A stretch of 57,491 nt of DNA from Syntrophaceae bacterium. Its GTDB lineage: Bacteria; Desulfobacterota; Syntrophia; Syntrophales; Smithellaceae. Both the position numbers and the translations under genes were made by a program. The DNA lies in contig PLGI01000075.1 of assembly GCA_003139775.1 (NCBI GenBank), forward strand, positions 1-57,491. Direction: 5' to 3'. The number at the start of each line of letters is the position of its first letter. The first letter of the stretch is position 1. Positions 18,156 to 26,520 of this stretch are shown here, one piece after another. The notes beneath the pieces were generated by a model. It saw only the letters and a program-made list of their open reading frames with translations, made no database searches and was not told the origin of the DNA.

Positions 18156-20759
18156 TTAATCTCTTGAAATATGACGCCTTTCATTACTAGACAATGTAAC
18201 ACAAACTTTCGTTCCTTTGTACTTTTCACTGATAATTTCTATTTTACCTTGATGGAGGTCAACTATTTTTTTTACCAGGGAAAGGCCTAAACCAGTACCA
18301 TAGTTTTTCCGCGTAAAGAAAGGATTAAATATATGCGGCATGTCTTCCTTATCAATGCCGCTGCCATTATCTCTAATCTCCACGACCACTGCCTGACGAG
18401 TTTCATCAAAATAGCGCAACGAAACCATAACTTTGCCATGTTCCTCCACTGCTTCCACAGCATTACGGATAACATTTAAAAAAGCGTCAGCCATCATTGC
18501 CGCGTCAACTGCTATGGGAGGAATACTGCCAAAATTTGTTTGCATTTCAATTTGTTTATCGGCAATTCCTTTTTCAGCCATAGCTATAGCCTGCTCCAGC
18601 ACTTTGGCCAAATCCACAGGATTTTTTTGGGGTTCTACCGGTTTGGCAAAAGCTAAAACATTATTGACCAGCACTTCCAAATGGTCTACTTCTTTTTCAG
18701 CAATCCTGAATCTCTTCAAATCGTTTCCTTCAGGATTCATGCGTTTTGCCAATATTTGCAAACTCATTTTAATCGACGAAAGAGGATTGCGTACTTCATG
18801 AGCTATACCAGCCGATAACTGCCCCAAAGCCGACAACTTTTGACTTTCGTAAAGCTTTTTTTCCAGATTCTTGAATTCCGTAATATCGCGTTGAACCAGT
18901 ATGTAATGATTGGTTCCTGTAACAGGAGAGGTGGTAATCAGAAGATTATGTTTGCGGCCATCCTTGCTCGTTGCTTCAATTTCATAAGGGTCATAGACAC
19001 CTTTTTTCGCAGCTTCCCATTTGGACAAGACGAATTCCTCATAGCCGGGCGCGACAAAATCCAAAAAGTATTTCCCTTTGAACTCACGGTAATGAACTCC
19101 TCCTCCCTTTCTTAAACCGAGGCTCATATAGTTGATGATGCCGTTTTCATCCATCTCATAAATTTTATCCGGCAAACTATTTATTATCGACTGCAAATAG
19201 TTGTATAGGTCTTCAATCTGCCGCCGCAGCTCAATATTCTCAACCAATTCATTTTGCAATGTTTCGGCATACTCGTTTAAACTTTTAGTCATTTCCCGCT
19301 CTCGCGAAACATCCTGCAGTGTTTCAATTGCGGCAATAATTTTACCTTCTTCATCGTAGATGGGAGAAGCCAGGAAATACATGGACCGGCTTTGTCCTCC
19401 AATGTTCTCAAAATAATCCGTTGCTTCGTAGGCACCGATCACTTTATCAGATTTTTTAACCTTTTTGCCGCCATAGTACTTACTCAGGCCATCTATATCA
19501 TTATCGACGATTAAATCGGCTATCATGGGCCTCCTGACGGAATAAAAAGGGATATAATGCCTGTCTGTGCCAACCATATCTTCAGTCGAATAACCGGTAA
19601 GCTCCATACAGGCTCGATTCCACAGTATGACTTTATGTTCATTGTTGATGACAAAGCTGGGAATTGGCGAACCTTCAATAATACCGTCGATAGTTTTTTT
19701 CTCTTGCAGCAGTTTTTCCTGCCAGTCCTCCCGCTCTTTCAATCTTTTATTTTCTTCTTTGATGCGCAGTCTTTTACCCTCTTTATAAGCAAAAGACATA
19801 CCGACAATTATAACCACCCCAATGAGCAATAATGAACTGAAAAGCGTATAAACAAATGTTTTACGAACAGGTGAAACTACTTGACTGTATGGAGCAACAA
19901 CTAAAAGGATCCATTTTTTATCTCCAGCATGGACCGGATAATAAGCAATAATACTTCGTTGTTTTCTTTTATCAACCTGAAGAATGGATGCGTCTAAATG
20001 CCCTTTGCTTTCGGAAGGAAAATTAATTTTTGATTTATCCAGATTTTGAATTAGATCACTAATATTTTTTCCTATAAAAGAAGAATCATGATGAAGAATT
20101 ATTTGCCCCTTCTCGTCAACGATCCACAATTCACCCAGTTGATTATCACGTATTTGTTTTTCACAAACATCTACTAAAGCGGCAAGTGAAAAAGAAACCA
20201 CCCAGGCGCCGGAGAAAACATTGTTTTGACGCCAGATGGGATATCCCCAAATTAAATACCAATCAGCTTTTTGTGTTATTTTATCTTTGGATTGTTTTTC
20301 CGATAAAGCCAAACTCACATATTGCTTATTTTGCTGTTTTAGATCTTTAAAATGTTTGGTCAGATTTACCTGAGGTATGGCGCCATGCGGTAAAATTATC
20401 TTGATTTTTCCATCTACATCAAAAAGCAAGACAGCGTTAATCGAGTTTTCCCAGCCGGAATAGAAAATTTTTATTTCCTGATCACTTTCTCCAGTTAGAA
20501 TTTTACCCTGAGGATCAAAATGAGAAAACAAAGCGATGCTTTTCCCAACCTGATCGAATATGTCTGTCATTCGAGTAGCTGCATTTTGAGCAGAGGCAAG
20601 CTGCTGACGGCTGAACAAATCAACCATATCCCTTTCCCTGGCGTTGTTCACTGTCAAAGCTAAAAGTAGAATCAGGATGATCACCGTTATACTGGCTAAC
20701 CAGATGCGTGCTTTTATAGCCTTATGGTAGAGTTTCTTAATTTTACTGAATAAAGTCAC
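18156..20759 (-). CDS. Membrane sensor histidine kinase (Cache-like periplasmic domain, two PAS domains)
   Basis: Two TM segments, PAS motifs, H-box AHEVRNPL, N-box, DNGSG, FNPFFT, GTGLGL. Confidence 0.92.
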   Translation of the reverse strand: MTLFSKIKKLYHKAIKARIWLASITVIILILLLALTVNNARERDMVDLFSRQQLASAQNAATRMTDIFDQVGKSIALFSHFDPQGKILTGESDQEIKIFYSGWENSINAVLLFDVDGKIKIILPHGAIPQVNLTKHFKDLKQQNKQYVSLALSEKQSKDKITQKADWYLIWGYPIWRQNNVFSGAWVVSFSLAALVDVCEKQIRDNQLGELWIVDEKGQIILHHDSSFIGKNISDLIQNLDKSKINFPSESKGHLDASILQVDKRKQRSIIAYYPVHAGDKKWILLVVAPYSQVVSPVRKTFVYTLFSSLLLIGVVIIVGMSFAYKEGKRLRIKEENKRLKEREDWQEKLLQEKKTIDGIIEGSPIPSFVINNEHKVILWNRACMELTGYSTEDMVGTDRHYIPFYSVRRPMIADLIVDNDIDGLSKYYGGKKVKKSDKVIGAYEATDYFENIGGQSRSMYFLASPIYDEEGKIIAAIETLQDVSREREMTKSLNEYAETLQNELVENIELRRQIEDLYNYLQSIINSLPDKIYEMDENGIINYMSLGLRKGGGVHYREFKGKYFLDFVAPGYEEFVLSKWEAAKKGVYDPYEIEATSKDGRKHNLLITTSPVTGTNHYILVQRDITEFKNLEKKLYESQKLSALGQLSAGIAHEVRNPLSSIKMSLQILAKRMNPEGNDLKRFRIAEKEVDHLEVLVNNVLAFAKPVEPQKNPVDLAKVLEQAIAMAEKGIADKQIEMQTNFGSIPPIAVDAAMMADAFLNVIRNAVEAVEEHGKVMVSLRYFDETRQAVVVEIRDNGSGIDKEDMPHIFNPFFTRKNYGTGLGLSLVKKIVDLHQGKIEIISEKYKGTKVCVTLSSNERRHISRD

Positions 20760-20945
20760 CTAATCTTCGTTGTCCTTTTTATTTTCTTTTTTGGAGAGCT
20801 TAATCCCGATTAAGACATAAACCAGGATTGCCGCTGTCAGTGAAATAAGAAGTTTGGCCAAACCACTTTCAATTTTTAAAACATAAGAACAAACAAGCCA
20901 TCCGAGGGGGTAAGTAACTGCCGTTAAAAGTTCCTGCATTATCAT
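20760..20945 (-). CDS. Small two-TM membrane protein, first gene of the two-component operon
   Basis: 61 aa hydrophobic ORF with RBS AAGGA; its stop abuts the kinase start. Confidence 0.6.
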   Translation of the reverse strand: MIMQELLTAVTYPLGWLVCSYVLKIESGLAKLLISLTAAILVYVLIGIKLSKKENKKDNED

Positions 20946-21030
20946 CCTTTAAAAATACTTCTCGTGGTATTTTATTTTAACAAAACCGATTTTTGTAATA
21001 CTAACGGCCTTAGCGGAAAATTTCAATAGA

Positions 21031-21258
21031 AATTATCCCCGAAGCGAAGCGAAGTGGGATTAATGAGACTCGCTGAAAATGAGACCCAAGCTTCAGAAGC
21101 AAAGTGCACAGAAGCTTGCTGGACGTAATGAGACAAAAATTTCACAAGAGTAGTGTAGTGAAATTTGCAAGTCGAATTATCCAATAGTCTTTAGCTATTG
21201 GAAATTATACCAGGCGCTTAGCGCCGTGGTAAAACGAACGAAGTGAAGTTTGAAGCAT
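21031..21258. repeat. Mosaic REP/MITE-like intergenic element, family 2
   Basis: Modules shared with 45254-45404 (reverse complement) and 23418-23465. Confidence 0.7.
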
Positions 21259-21507
21259 TGTTTTGAAGCTCATACGCATAATTTGAATGTTTTATAGTAA
21301 ACCATTTAACAAAACATTAAATCCGGCTTCAAATTTTCATGCTCTTCAAGTTTGTGAAAAAAACTTGCGGATGTTTTTTCCCATGAAATATTTTTATTTT
21401 TATTGTATTATTAAATGAAGCAATCTCAACAAATTAGGCAGGTATCTTTTCCATAACCGCGTTCTTCAAATGAAATATTTTGAAATAATTTTTTCATATT
21501 AAAGCCA

Positions 21508-21523
21508 TGGCATAAGTCATGCA
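21508..21523 (+). promoter_or_regulatory. sigma54 (-24/-12) promoter upstream of the stand-alone atpE
   Basis: TGGCATAAGTCATGCA has exact GG-N10-GC spacing; a sigma54 activator is encoded divergently. Confidence 0.65.
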
Positions 21524-21627
21524 CCTAAGTTCGCATAGAATAAATTATTTCTCTTTCACATGGCTATCAATTTATGTTATGGAAACAGGAGGTAATAATA
21601 AACAACTATTATGAAAGGAGACAAACA

Positions 21628-22005
21628 ATGTCACACAAATTTGGTAAAAAAATTTTAACAGCATTTACATCCGTAGCAGTTCTACTCTTGGCAAGTCCGC
21701 TTGTTTTTGCCGCAGAAGCTATTCCGGCAGGTGGCGAATCCTACATTAAAGTATACTTTGCTATGGCCGCAATGATCGGTGCAGGCTTGGCTATTGGTTT
21801 AGGAGCAATCGGAGCCGGTGCTGGTATTGGTAACGCGGCAAACGGCGCATGTCAGGCAGTTGGAAGAAACCCCGGTGTACAGGGAAAGATCATGATGGTT
21901 ATGCTCGTCGGTATGGCCATGGCTGAATCCATCGCAATTTATGCGTTGGTCATTTCTCTGATTCTTCTCTATGCTAACCCTTACATGCGTTATTTTTTGG
22001 GTTAA
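21628..22005 (+). CDS. atpE: F-type ATP synthase subunit c with N-terminal signal-like extension
   Basis: GAGLAIGLGAIGAGAGIG Gly motif, RNP loop, AESIAIYALV ion-binding helix; RBS AAGGAG before ATG at 21628. Confidence 0.92.
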   Translation: MSHKFGKKILTAFTSVAVLLLASPLVFAAEAIPAGGESYIKVYFAMAAMIGAGLAIGLGAIGAGAGIGNAANGACQAVGRNPGVQGKIMMVMLVGMAMAESIAIYALVISLILLYANPYMRYFLG

Positions 22006-22055
22006 TACTAAAATAAGTTAACTACAAAATTAACAAAGGTTAGGGGGAAATAGTA

Positions 22056-23363
22056 ATGTCAGAAACTAAAAAAAATAAGCGGTTTATTAATATAGGAGGC
22101 GTGTTCTTCCTGCTTATTGTAATTCCCTTATCACTGATGGCGTTTTTAATCGCTAACGGCATGTTTAAATTGGGGGTTACTATAAAAGAGAGCACCCTTA
22201 ACGTTCTCGATAATAAATCTCAGGAAGATATACGAGCAAGGGCCGTCAATGCAGCAAACGAAGTTGCCAATTTCCTCATGGAAAGCAATAAAGATTTACA
22301 AGTCGCAACAATCATTCCCTCAACAGAATCTGTATACAAACAGTTTATTTCTGAAAATAAAAAACCTGTCTGGGTCAAACGTAACGGTAAAATACAGCAG
22401 ATATTGATCCCGCTATACAAAGAAATGGCTCTGATTGATAAAAACGGCAACGAACAAATTAAAGTCGTTGACGGTCAGGTACTACCGGCGAAAAAACTGG
22501 TTAATGTCAGCAATCCGGCCAATACAACATATAAAACTGAAGATTATTTTGCGAAGACAAAAAATCTGAATAAAGGCGACGTTTATGTTTCCCCGGTAAC
22601 AGGGTTCTATGTCAATAAGGCAGCGTTTGAAAAGGGACAAAGATTTGAAGGCGTCGTCCGTTTTGCGACACCGGTATTCAATAAAGATGGTTTCGCGGGT
22701 ATAATTACATTGGCCTTGGATTATCGTCATCTGGCCGAGTTTACCCATCATCTTGTTCCTACGCAGGCGGAAAAGGTATTTGAAACAACGGCTGCTTCCG
22801 GTAATTACGCCTATATGGTTGACAATCGCGGTTTTGTCATTTCCCATCCTAGTGATTTTCATATTGTTGGACTCACCCCTGACGGAACAATTGTTCCAAC
22901 TCTTTCGGCTCAGAACGCAGCAGAACTGGCAAAGAATGGCACAGAAGCGTTGAATATGTTCCAGTTGGGTTTTCTGGATCCCAATATATTTAAAATCACG
23001 AAAGAAGCTGCACAAGGGAAATCAGGAATTTTAATGTATAAATATGGTGGAATCAACAAGTTCGTCACCTATGCGCCGATCAAGTTTTATGCGTCAAACC
23101 TTCCCCAACCTACCGGTTTTGGCTGGATAGGACTGGGACTGGAAGTTGAGAAATATAACGAAGCGGCAACGAAGTTATCTCAGAAAATTGAAAAGGAATC
23201 AAAAGCATGGACTGCGACAGTCATCTTTATTCTTATCGCTTCCATGATTATTCTGTTCTTCATTATGCTGCTTTTGGTTCGTGGAATCAGCCGTTCATTG
23301 CAGGCGGAAATCCCAAGAGGTTCAGAAGGCCTATCATTCGACGATGATGACGATGATAAATAA
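22056..23363 (+). CDS. Two-TM protein with a large Cache-like extracytoplasmic domain and no cytoplasmic output domain
   Basis: N- and C-terminal TM segments; Cache-like motifs DYF..VYVSPV, VRFATPVF..GIITLALD, YAYMVDNRGFVISHP; short acidic tail. Confidence 0.75.
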   Translation: MSETKKNKRFINIGGVFFLLIVIPLSLMAFLIANGMFKLGVTIKESTLNVLDNKSQEDIRARAVNAANEVANFLMESNKDLQVATIIPSTESVYKQFISENKKPVWVKRNGKIQQILIPLYKEMALIDKNGNEQIKVVDGQVLPAKKLVNVSNPANTTYKTEDYFAKTKNLNKGDVYVSPVTGFYVNKAAFEKGQRFEGVVRFATPVFNKDGFAGIITLALDYRHLAEFTHHLVPTQAEKVFETTAASGNYAYMVDNRGFVISHPSDFHIVGLTPDGTIVPTLSAQNAAELAKNGTEALNMFQLGFLDPNIFKITKEAAQGKSGILMYKYGGINKFVTYAPIKFYASNLPQPTGFGWIGLGLEVEKYNEAATKLSQKIEKESKAWTATVIFILIASMIILFFIMLLLVRGISRSLQAEIPRGSEGLSFDDDDDDK

Positions 23364-23388
23364 TTAAACTTAATTTAATCAATTAACC

Positions 23389-23418
23389 AAAAGGCCGAAT
23401 TTCGATTCGGCCTTTTTT
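23389..23418 (+). terminator. Intrinsic terminator ending the atpE-Cache transcript
   Basis: AAAAGGCCGAAT-loop-ATTCGGCCTTTTTT. Confidence 0.8.
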
Positions 23419-23465
23419 AATGAGACTCGCTGAAAACGAACGAAGTGAAGTTTGAAGCGTTAGTC
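23418..23465. repeat. Family 2 repeat module
   Basis: TAATGAGACTCGCTGAAAA joined to ACGAACGAAGTGAAGTTTGAAGC; both pieces also occur at 21061 and 21233. Confidence 0.65.
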
Positions 23466-23717
23466 GACTCCCGCCAACGTAGTTGGCAGGGATGCGGATG
23501 ACTCATCGTGCTAAGCTAAGTGGGACTACGAAGCGTATTGATAATATCACGCCGTTTGCTTTGGGTTTCAAACCCATGATTTCTATTATTATCCTTTAAA
23601 AATAGAATGGACTTTAATCAAATACAATATATAATAATGTACATACTTATTCACACGTAAACTACAAAGGGTTGTTTTCTATTAATTTTATTTTTATAAA
23701 AAGAAAAGGAGACCAGA

Positions 23718-23912
23718 ATGAACTATATTCCGCATCTGTTCGCGTTAGTTACAGGTGGTATTCTTCTTTGGATAATAAAAAGAAAATATGAGAAAATACA
23801 AAACCGCGAATTGATCATAATATTCATCCTCTTTGTTCTATTAGTTGCCATCTTTACAGCTCCCGGGATGGACATGATAAAAAGATTTATAAATTTTATC
23901 CAAGTAGAGTAA
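23718..23912 (+). CDS. Small two-TM membrane protein
   Basis: 64 aa, two hydrophobic stretches, RBS AAAGGAG. Confidence 0.65.
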   Translation: MNYIPHLFALVTGGILLWIIKRKYEKIQNRELIIIFILFVLLVAIFTAPGMDMIKRFINFIQVE

Positions 23913-23987
23913 ATGACGCCTGTATAATAGCTAGCCAGGTAGAAAAAGTTTGTTAAACGCGTTTTCATGTTCATATTTTGATGTGGC

Positions 23988-24251
23988 TTGAGTGAAATGA
24001 AGGGTTACCAGATAGGAAAAAAACCAAAGGCAGACCCTGAGCAGTTCCGCAAGTTCAGCGGTATTTTTATGTTATCGGCTTGGGGAATCGCGATGGTGGC
24101 GTCCTCGTTCCTATTCCTTTATATCGGTTACCTTGTGGATGAAATTCTGGGAACCACACCTAATTTCATGCTGTGTTCTTTCTTTCTCGCAATCGGTCTC
24201 TGCATGTGGAGGCTTTATAAGGAGGCAAAGGAAAAAAGTAAGAAGATGTAA
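23988..24251 (+). CDS. AtpZ/AtpI-like (ATPase gene 1 family) membrane protein
   Basis: GIAMV..FLYIGYLVDEILGTTP..L..FLAIG pattern resembles the ATPase_gene1 family; start codon uncertain. Confidence 0.65.
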   Translation: MSEMKGYQIGKKPKADPEQFRKFSGIFMLSAWGIAMVASSFLFLYIGYLVDEILGTTPNFMLCSFFLAIGLCMWRLYKEAKEKSKKM

Positions 24252-24255
24252 TTAT

Positions 24256-24377
24256 GGGCTGTTGAAAAACGCTCATCTGCGGCGTTGCGCTGCAAACCGC
24301 ATCGCTCAACGTATATTTATATACGCCTCGCTATACGTTTTTTGCGCGCCTTGCATCTGAACATTTTTGAACAGCCC
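24256..24377. mobile_element. 122-bp MITE-like element, family 1, copy C
   Basis: GGGCTGTTGAAAAA...GCGCGCCTTGCATCTGAACATTTTTGAACAGCCC. Confidence 0.8.
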
Positions 24378-24410
24378 TACTGTAATAAAAGGTCTCCTTT
24401 TGATTTGATA

Positions 24411-25067
24411 TTATTTAATGCTACCAGGAAGAAATTTAATCTGTGAATGCGGTTCAATTTGCAGATATGTTGGCGTTCCCAAAAATTCAGGTCTGTCCTC
24501 TATCGTATTGACCTCAACCCGGTATATCCCCGGTTTGAGATCGATAGCTATTATTTCTCTAAGATGATATCCAAAAGCACCGGCATATGTTCCGTGGGTC
24601 AAAATTGTATCTTCATAGATTAATTTAGGCAGTAAGCTTCCAGTATCCGGCTTGCTGATTTTTAGGTGGATTGGAATATTTATGCCTTTGTGCTTCATCG
24701 TTGACATATCAACATCAACCAGCGCAAGAACACGGTCACCATCAGCCTCAATACGCTCTTGACTACCTTTAGTAACAAACTCAAAGCGAAGGGCAAAGTA
24801 ATAAGAACGATACTCACGAATCCTAATCTCCTGATCGACTGTACTATTCTGTTTGCTCACATCAAACGGCCATTTAACAACCGGTATTGGGAGTGTTGTT
24901 GACGGTGATGTTGATGAAAACCACGAAAATGCTTCACAGACTGTCATACAGATAAAAATAATCAAAAAACTGCTATCAATATTTTTAATATTTTCATTAT
25001 TATTTTTCTCCTCCTTTATTGCGCCTGATTTTTTCAGTGCAAATTTTTTATCACTGTCATTTTTCAC
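24411..25067 (-). CDS. Hypothetical exported protein (DUF5625-like)
   Basis: One TM segment, then PFDVSK..Y.F.L.F..IPIHLKI..R.I..IDLKPG.YRVEV pattern; family call from recall only. Confidence 0.5.
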   Translation of the reverse strand: MKNDSDKKFALKKSGAIKEEKNNNENIKNIDSSFLIIFICMTVCEAFSWFSSTSPSTTLPIPVVKWPFDVSKQNSTVDQEIRIREYRSYYFALRFEFVTKGSQERIEADGDRVLALVDVDMSTMKHKGINIPIHLKISKPDTGSLLPKLIYEDTILTHGTYAGAFGYHLREIIAIDLKPGIYRVEVNTIEDRPEFLGTPTYLQIEPHSQIKFLPGSIK

Positions 25068-25074
25068 GGTATAG

Positions 25075-25198
25075 TACCACTTTTAAATCAAAGATGATAT
25101 CGAGGCGGCAAGGAGGAGGCTCCGCAGGCGTATTATACATACGTTGAGGAAGCCGACAACGACGCCAACAAAGATAGCGCTTTGATTTAGAAGTGGTA
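25075..25198. mobile_element. MITE-like element, family 3
   Basis: Terminal inverted repeats TACCACTTTTAAATCAAAG / CTTTGATTTAGAAGTGGTA; relatives at about 30754-30880 and 50105-50165. Confidence 0.7.
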
Positions 25199-25210
25199 TA
25201 AACAGGCGCT

Positions 25211-25583
25211 GGAGAAGATCATAAGCCGAGTCCTGTCCCGCGTTTCAGTTACCCTACGTGCGGTGATGATCCTTCATCTGGGACAGCAGTTACCTGCAGT
25301 CTCAAGCGACACTACCCGAGAACATCAGGCGGGCCGCCCTTAAACGTTCTCCTATTTGGTCTTGCTCCGGATGGGGTTTACCATGCCTTTCCTGTCGCCA
25401 GGAAAGCGGTGAGCTCTTACCTCGCCTTTTCACCCTTACTCAAGGCTTTCGCCCTGGGCGGTATGTTTTCTGTGGCACTTTCCTTAGGGTCGCCCCCAGT
25501 CGCCGTTAGCGACCATCCTGCCCTGTGGAGCTCGGACTTTCCTCCGGCAGATAAATTCTGCCGACGATCATCTGATCTTCTCC
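25211..25583 (-). ncRNA. rnpB: RNase P RNA (class A)
   Basis: Minus strand contains GAGGAAAGTCCG, AGTGCCACAGAAA, GGTAAACCCC..GAGCAAG and ACAGGACTCGGCTTAT; complementary GGAGAAGATC ends form P1. Confidence 0.95.
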
Positions 25584-25741
25584 GACCTGAGTCTTAAGTC
25601 TACACTTGATTGATTTTTCTTTCAAGATATCTTCATTATAAATAGGCGAACATTTAAAATTTCCCTGTTCACCAATTTCATCTTGACAAATAAATGCTAC
25701 TATGATTTATGAGTTATTTTATTACTTTTAGAGGATTAACT

Positions 25742-25879
25742 ATGAAAAAGACTTTGACCAATAAAACAAATACCAAAAGAAAAAGGACCCACGGTTTTCT
25801 CGTCCGGATGGCTTCAAAATCCGGAAGGCAGGTTTTAAGCCGCAGAAGAGCTAAAGGCAGAAAACGTTTAGCCGTATAA
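25742..25879 (+). CDS. rpmH: 50S ribosomal protein L34 (absent from the ORF track)
   Basis: [45 protein letters not shown]; RBS GAGGA. Confidence 0.95.
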   Translation: MKKTLTNKTNTKRKRTHGFLVRMASKSGRQVLSRRRAKGRKRLAV

Positions 25880-25920
25880 ATTCTGGACTTTAGTACCTCA
25901 AGGATGGTCGGTCGACATGC

Positions 25921-26268
25921 ATGAAAGAACAATCTTACCGGAAATCGGAAAGGATAACTAATCACAGCAGATATAGAACCATTTACAACCAGGGAGTGTG
26001 GAGGAGTTCTCAACACTTTACAACTATAACATGCAGTAATGCCCAAGAGGCTAGAAGGCTGGGAATTACCGTAACCAAGAAAACGGGAAACGCCGTAAGA
26101 AGAAACAGAGTCAAACGGTTGATCAGAGAATTTTTCCGCCTCAATAAGGCTTTGTTTCCCGCTGAGCATGATGTTGTTGTCATGGCTAAAAGAATTATGC
26201 CACCCCTTACTTATCAAGAAGCATGTAAGGAATTGACGGAACTCTTCACGCGGAAAGCTAATATATAA
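25921..26268 (+). CDS. rnpA: RNase P protein component
   Basis: [25 protein letters not shown] (RNR motif); synteny. Confidence 0.95.
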   Translation: MKEQSYRKSERITNHSRYRTIYNQGVWRSSQHFTTITCSNAQEARRLGITVTKKTGNAVRRNRVKRLIREFFRLNKALFPAEHDVVVMAKRIMPPLTYQEACKELTELFTRKANI

Positions 26269-26271
26269 TTT

Positions 26272-26499
26272 ATGCTCAGGACAATTTTGGTAAAAATTTT
26301 TGTTTCCATAATTCGTTCATACCAAATTTGCGTATCACCTTTCTTTTTTGCTCCATGTTGCCGCTTCTACCCCTCATGCTCCGAATATACCATCTCGGCA
26401 ATTAAGCTGCATGGGCCGGCAAAAGGGCCATTCATGGGCATAAAAAGGATTCTGCGCTGCCATCCTCTGCATCCCGGCGGTTACGATCCCGTCAAGTAA
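26272..26499 (+). CDS. yidD: Membrane protein insertion efficiency factor
   Basis: [10 protein letters not shown] and [16 protein letters not shown] motifs. Confidence 0.95.
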   Translation: MLRTILVKIFVSIIRSYQICVSPFFFAPCCRFYPSCSEYTISAIKLHGPAKGPFMGIKRILRCHPLHPGGYDPVK

Positions 26500-26520
26500 A
26501 AAATAGGGAGGTTTTTTTTA

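Noticed and set aside
21031-21258. CRISPR array
   Set aside because: There are no identical, regularly spaced repeats and no cas genes; it is a mosaic of different palindromes.
15268-25198. Integron cassette array explaining accessory genes between palindromes
   Set aside because: The elements lack attC RYYYAAC/GTTRRRY ends, orientations are mixed and no integrase is present.
25409-25597. Short ORFs over rnpB and over the MITE-like elements (e.g. 15285-15473, 24133-24360, 33725-34072)
   Set aside because: They overlap an RNA gene or non-coding repeats and are spurious.
25584-25741. oriC next to rpmH
   Set aside because: No DnaA-box cluster and no dnaA gene.
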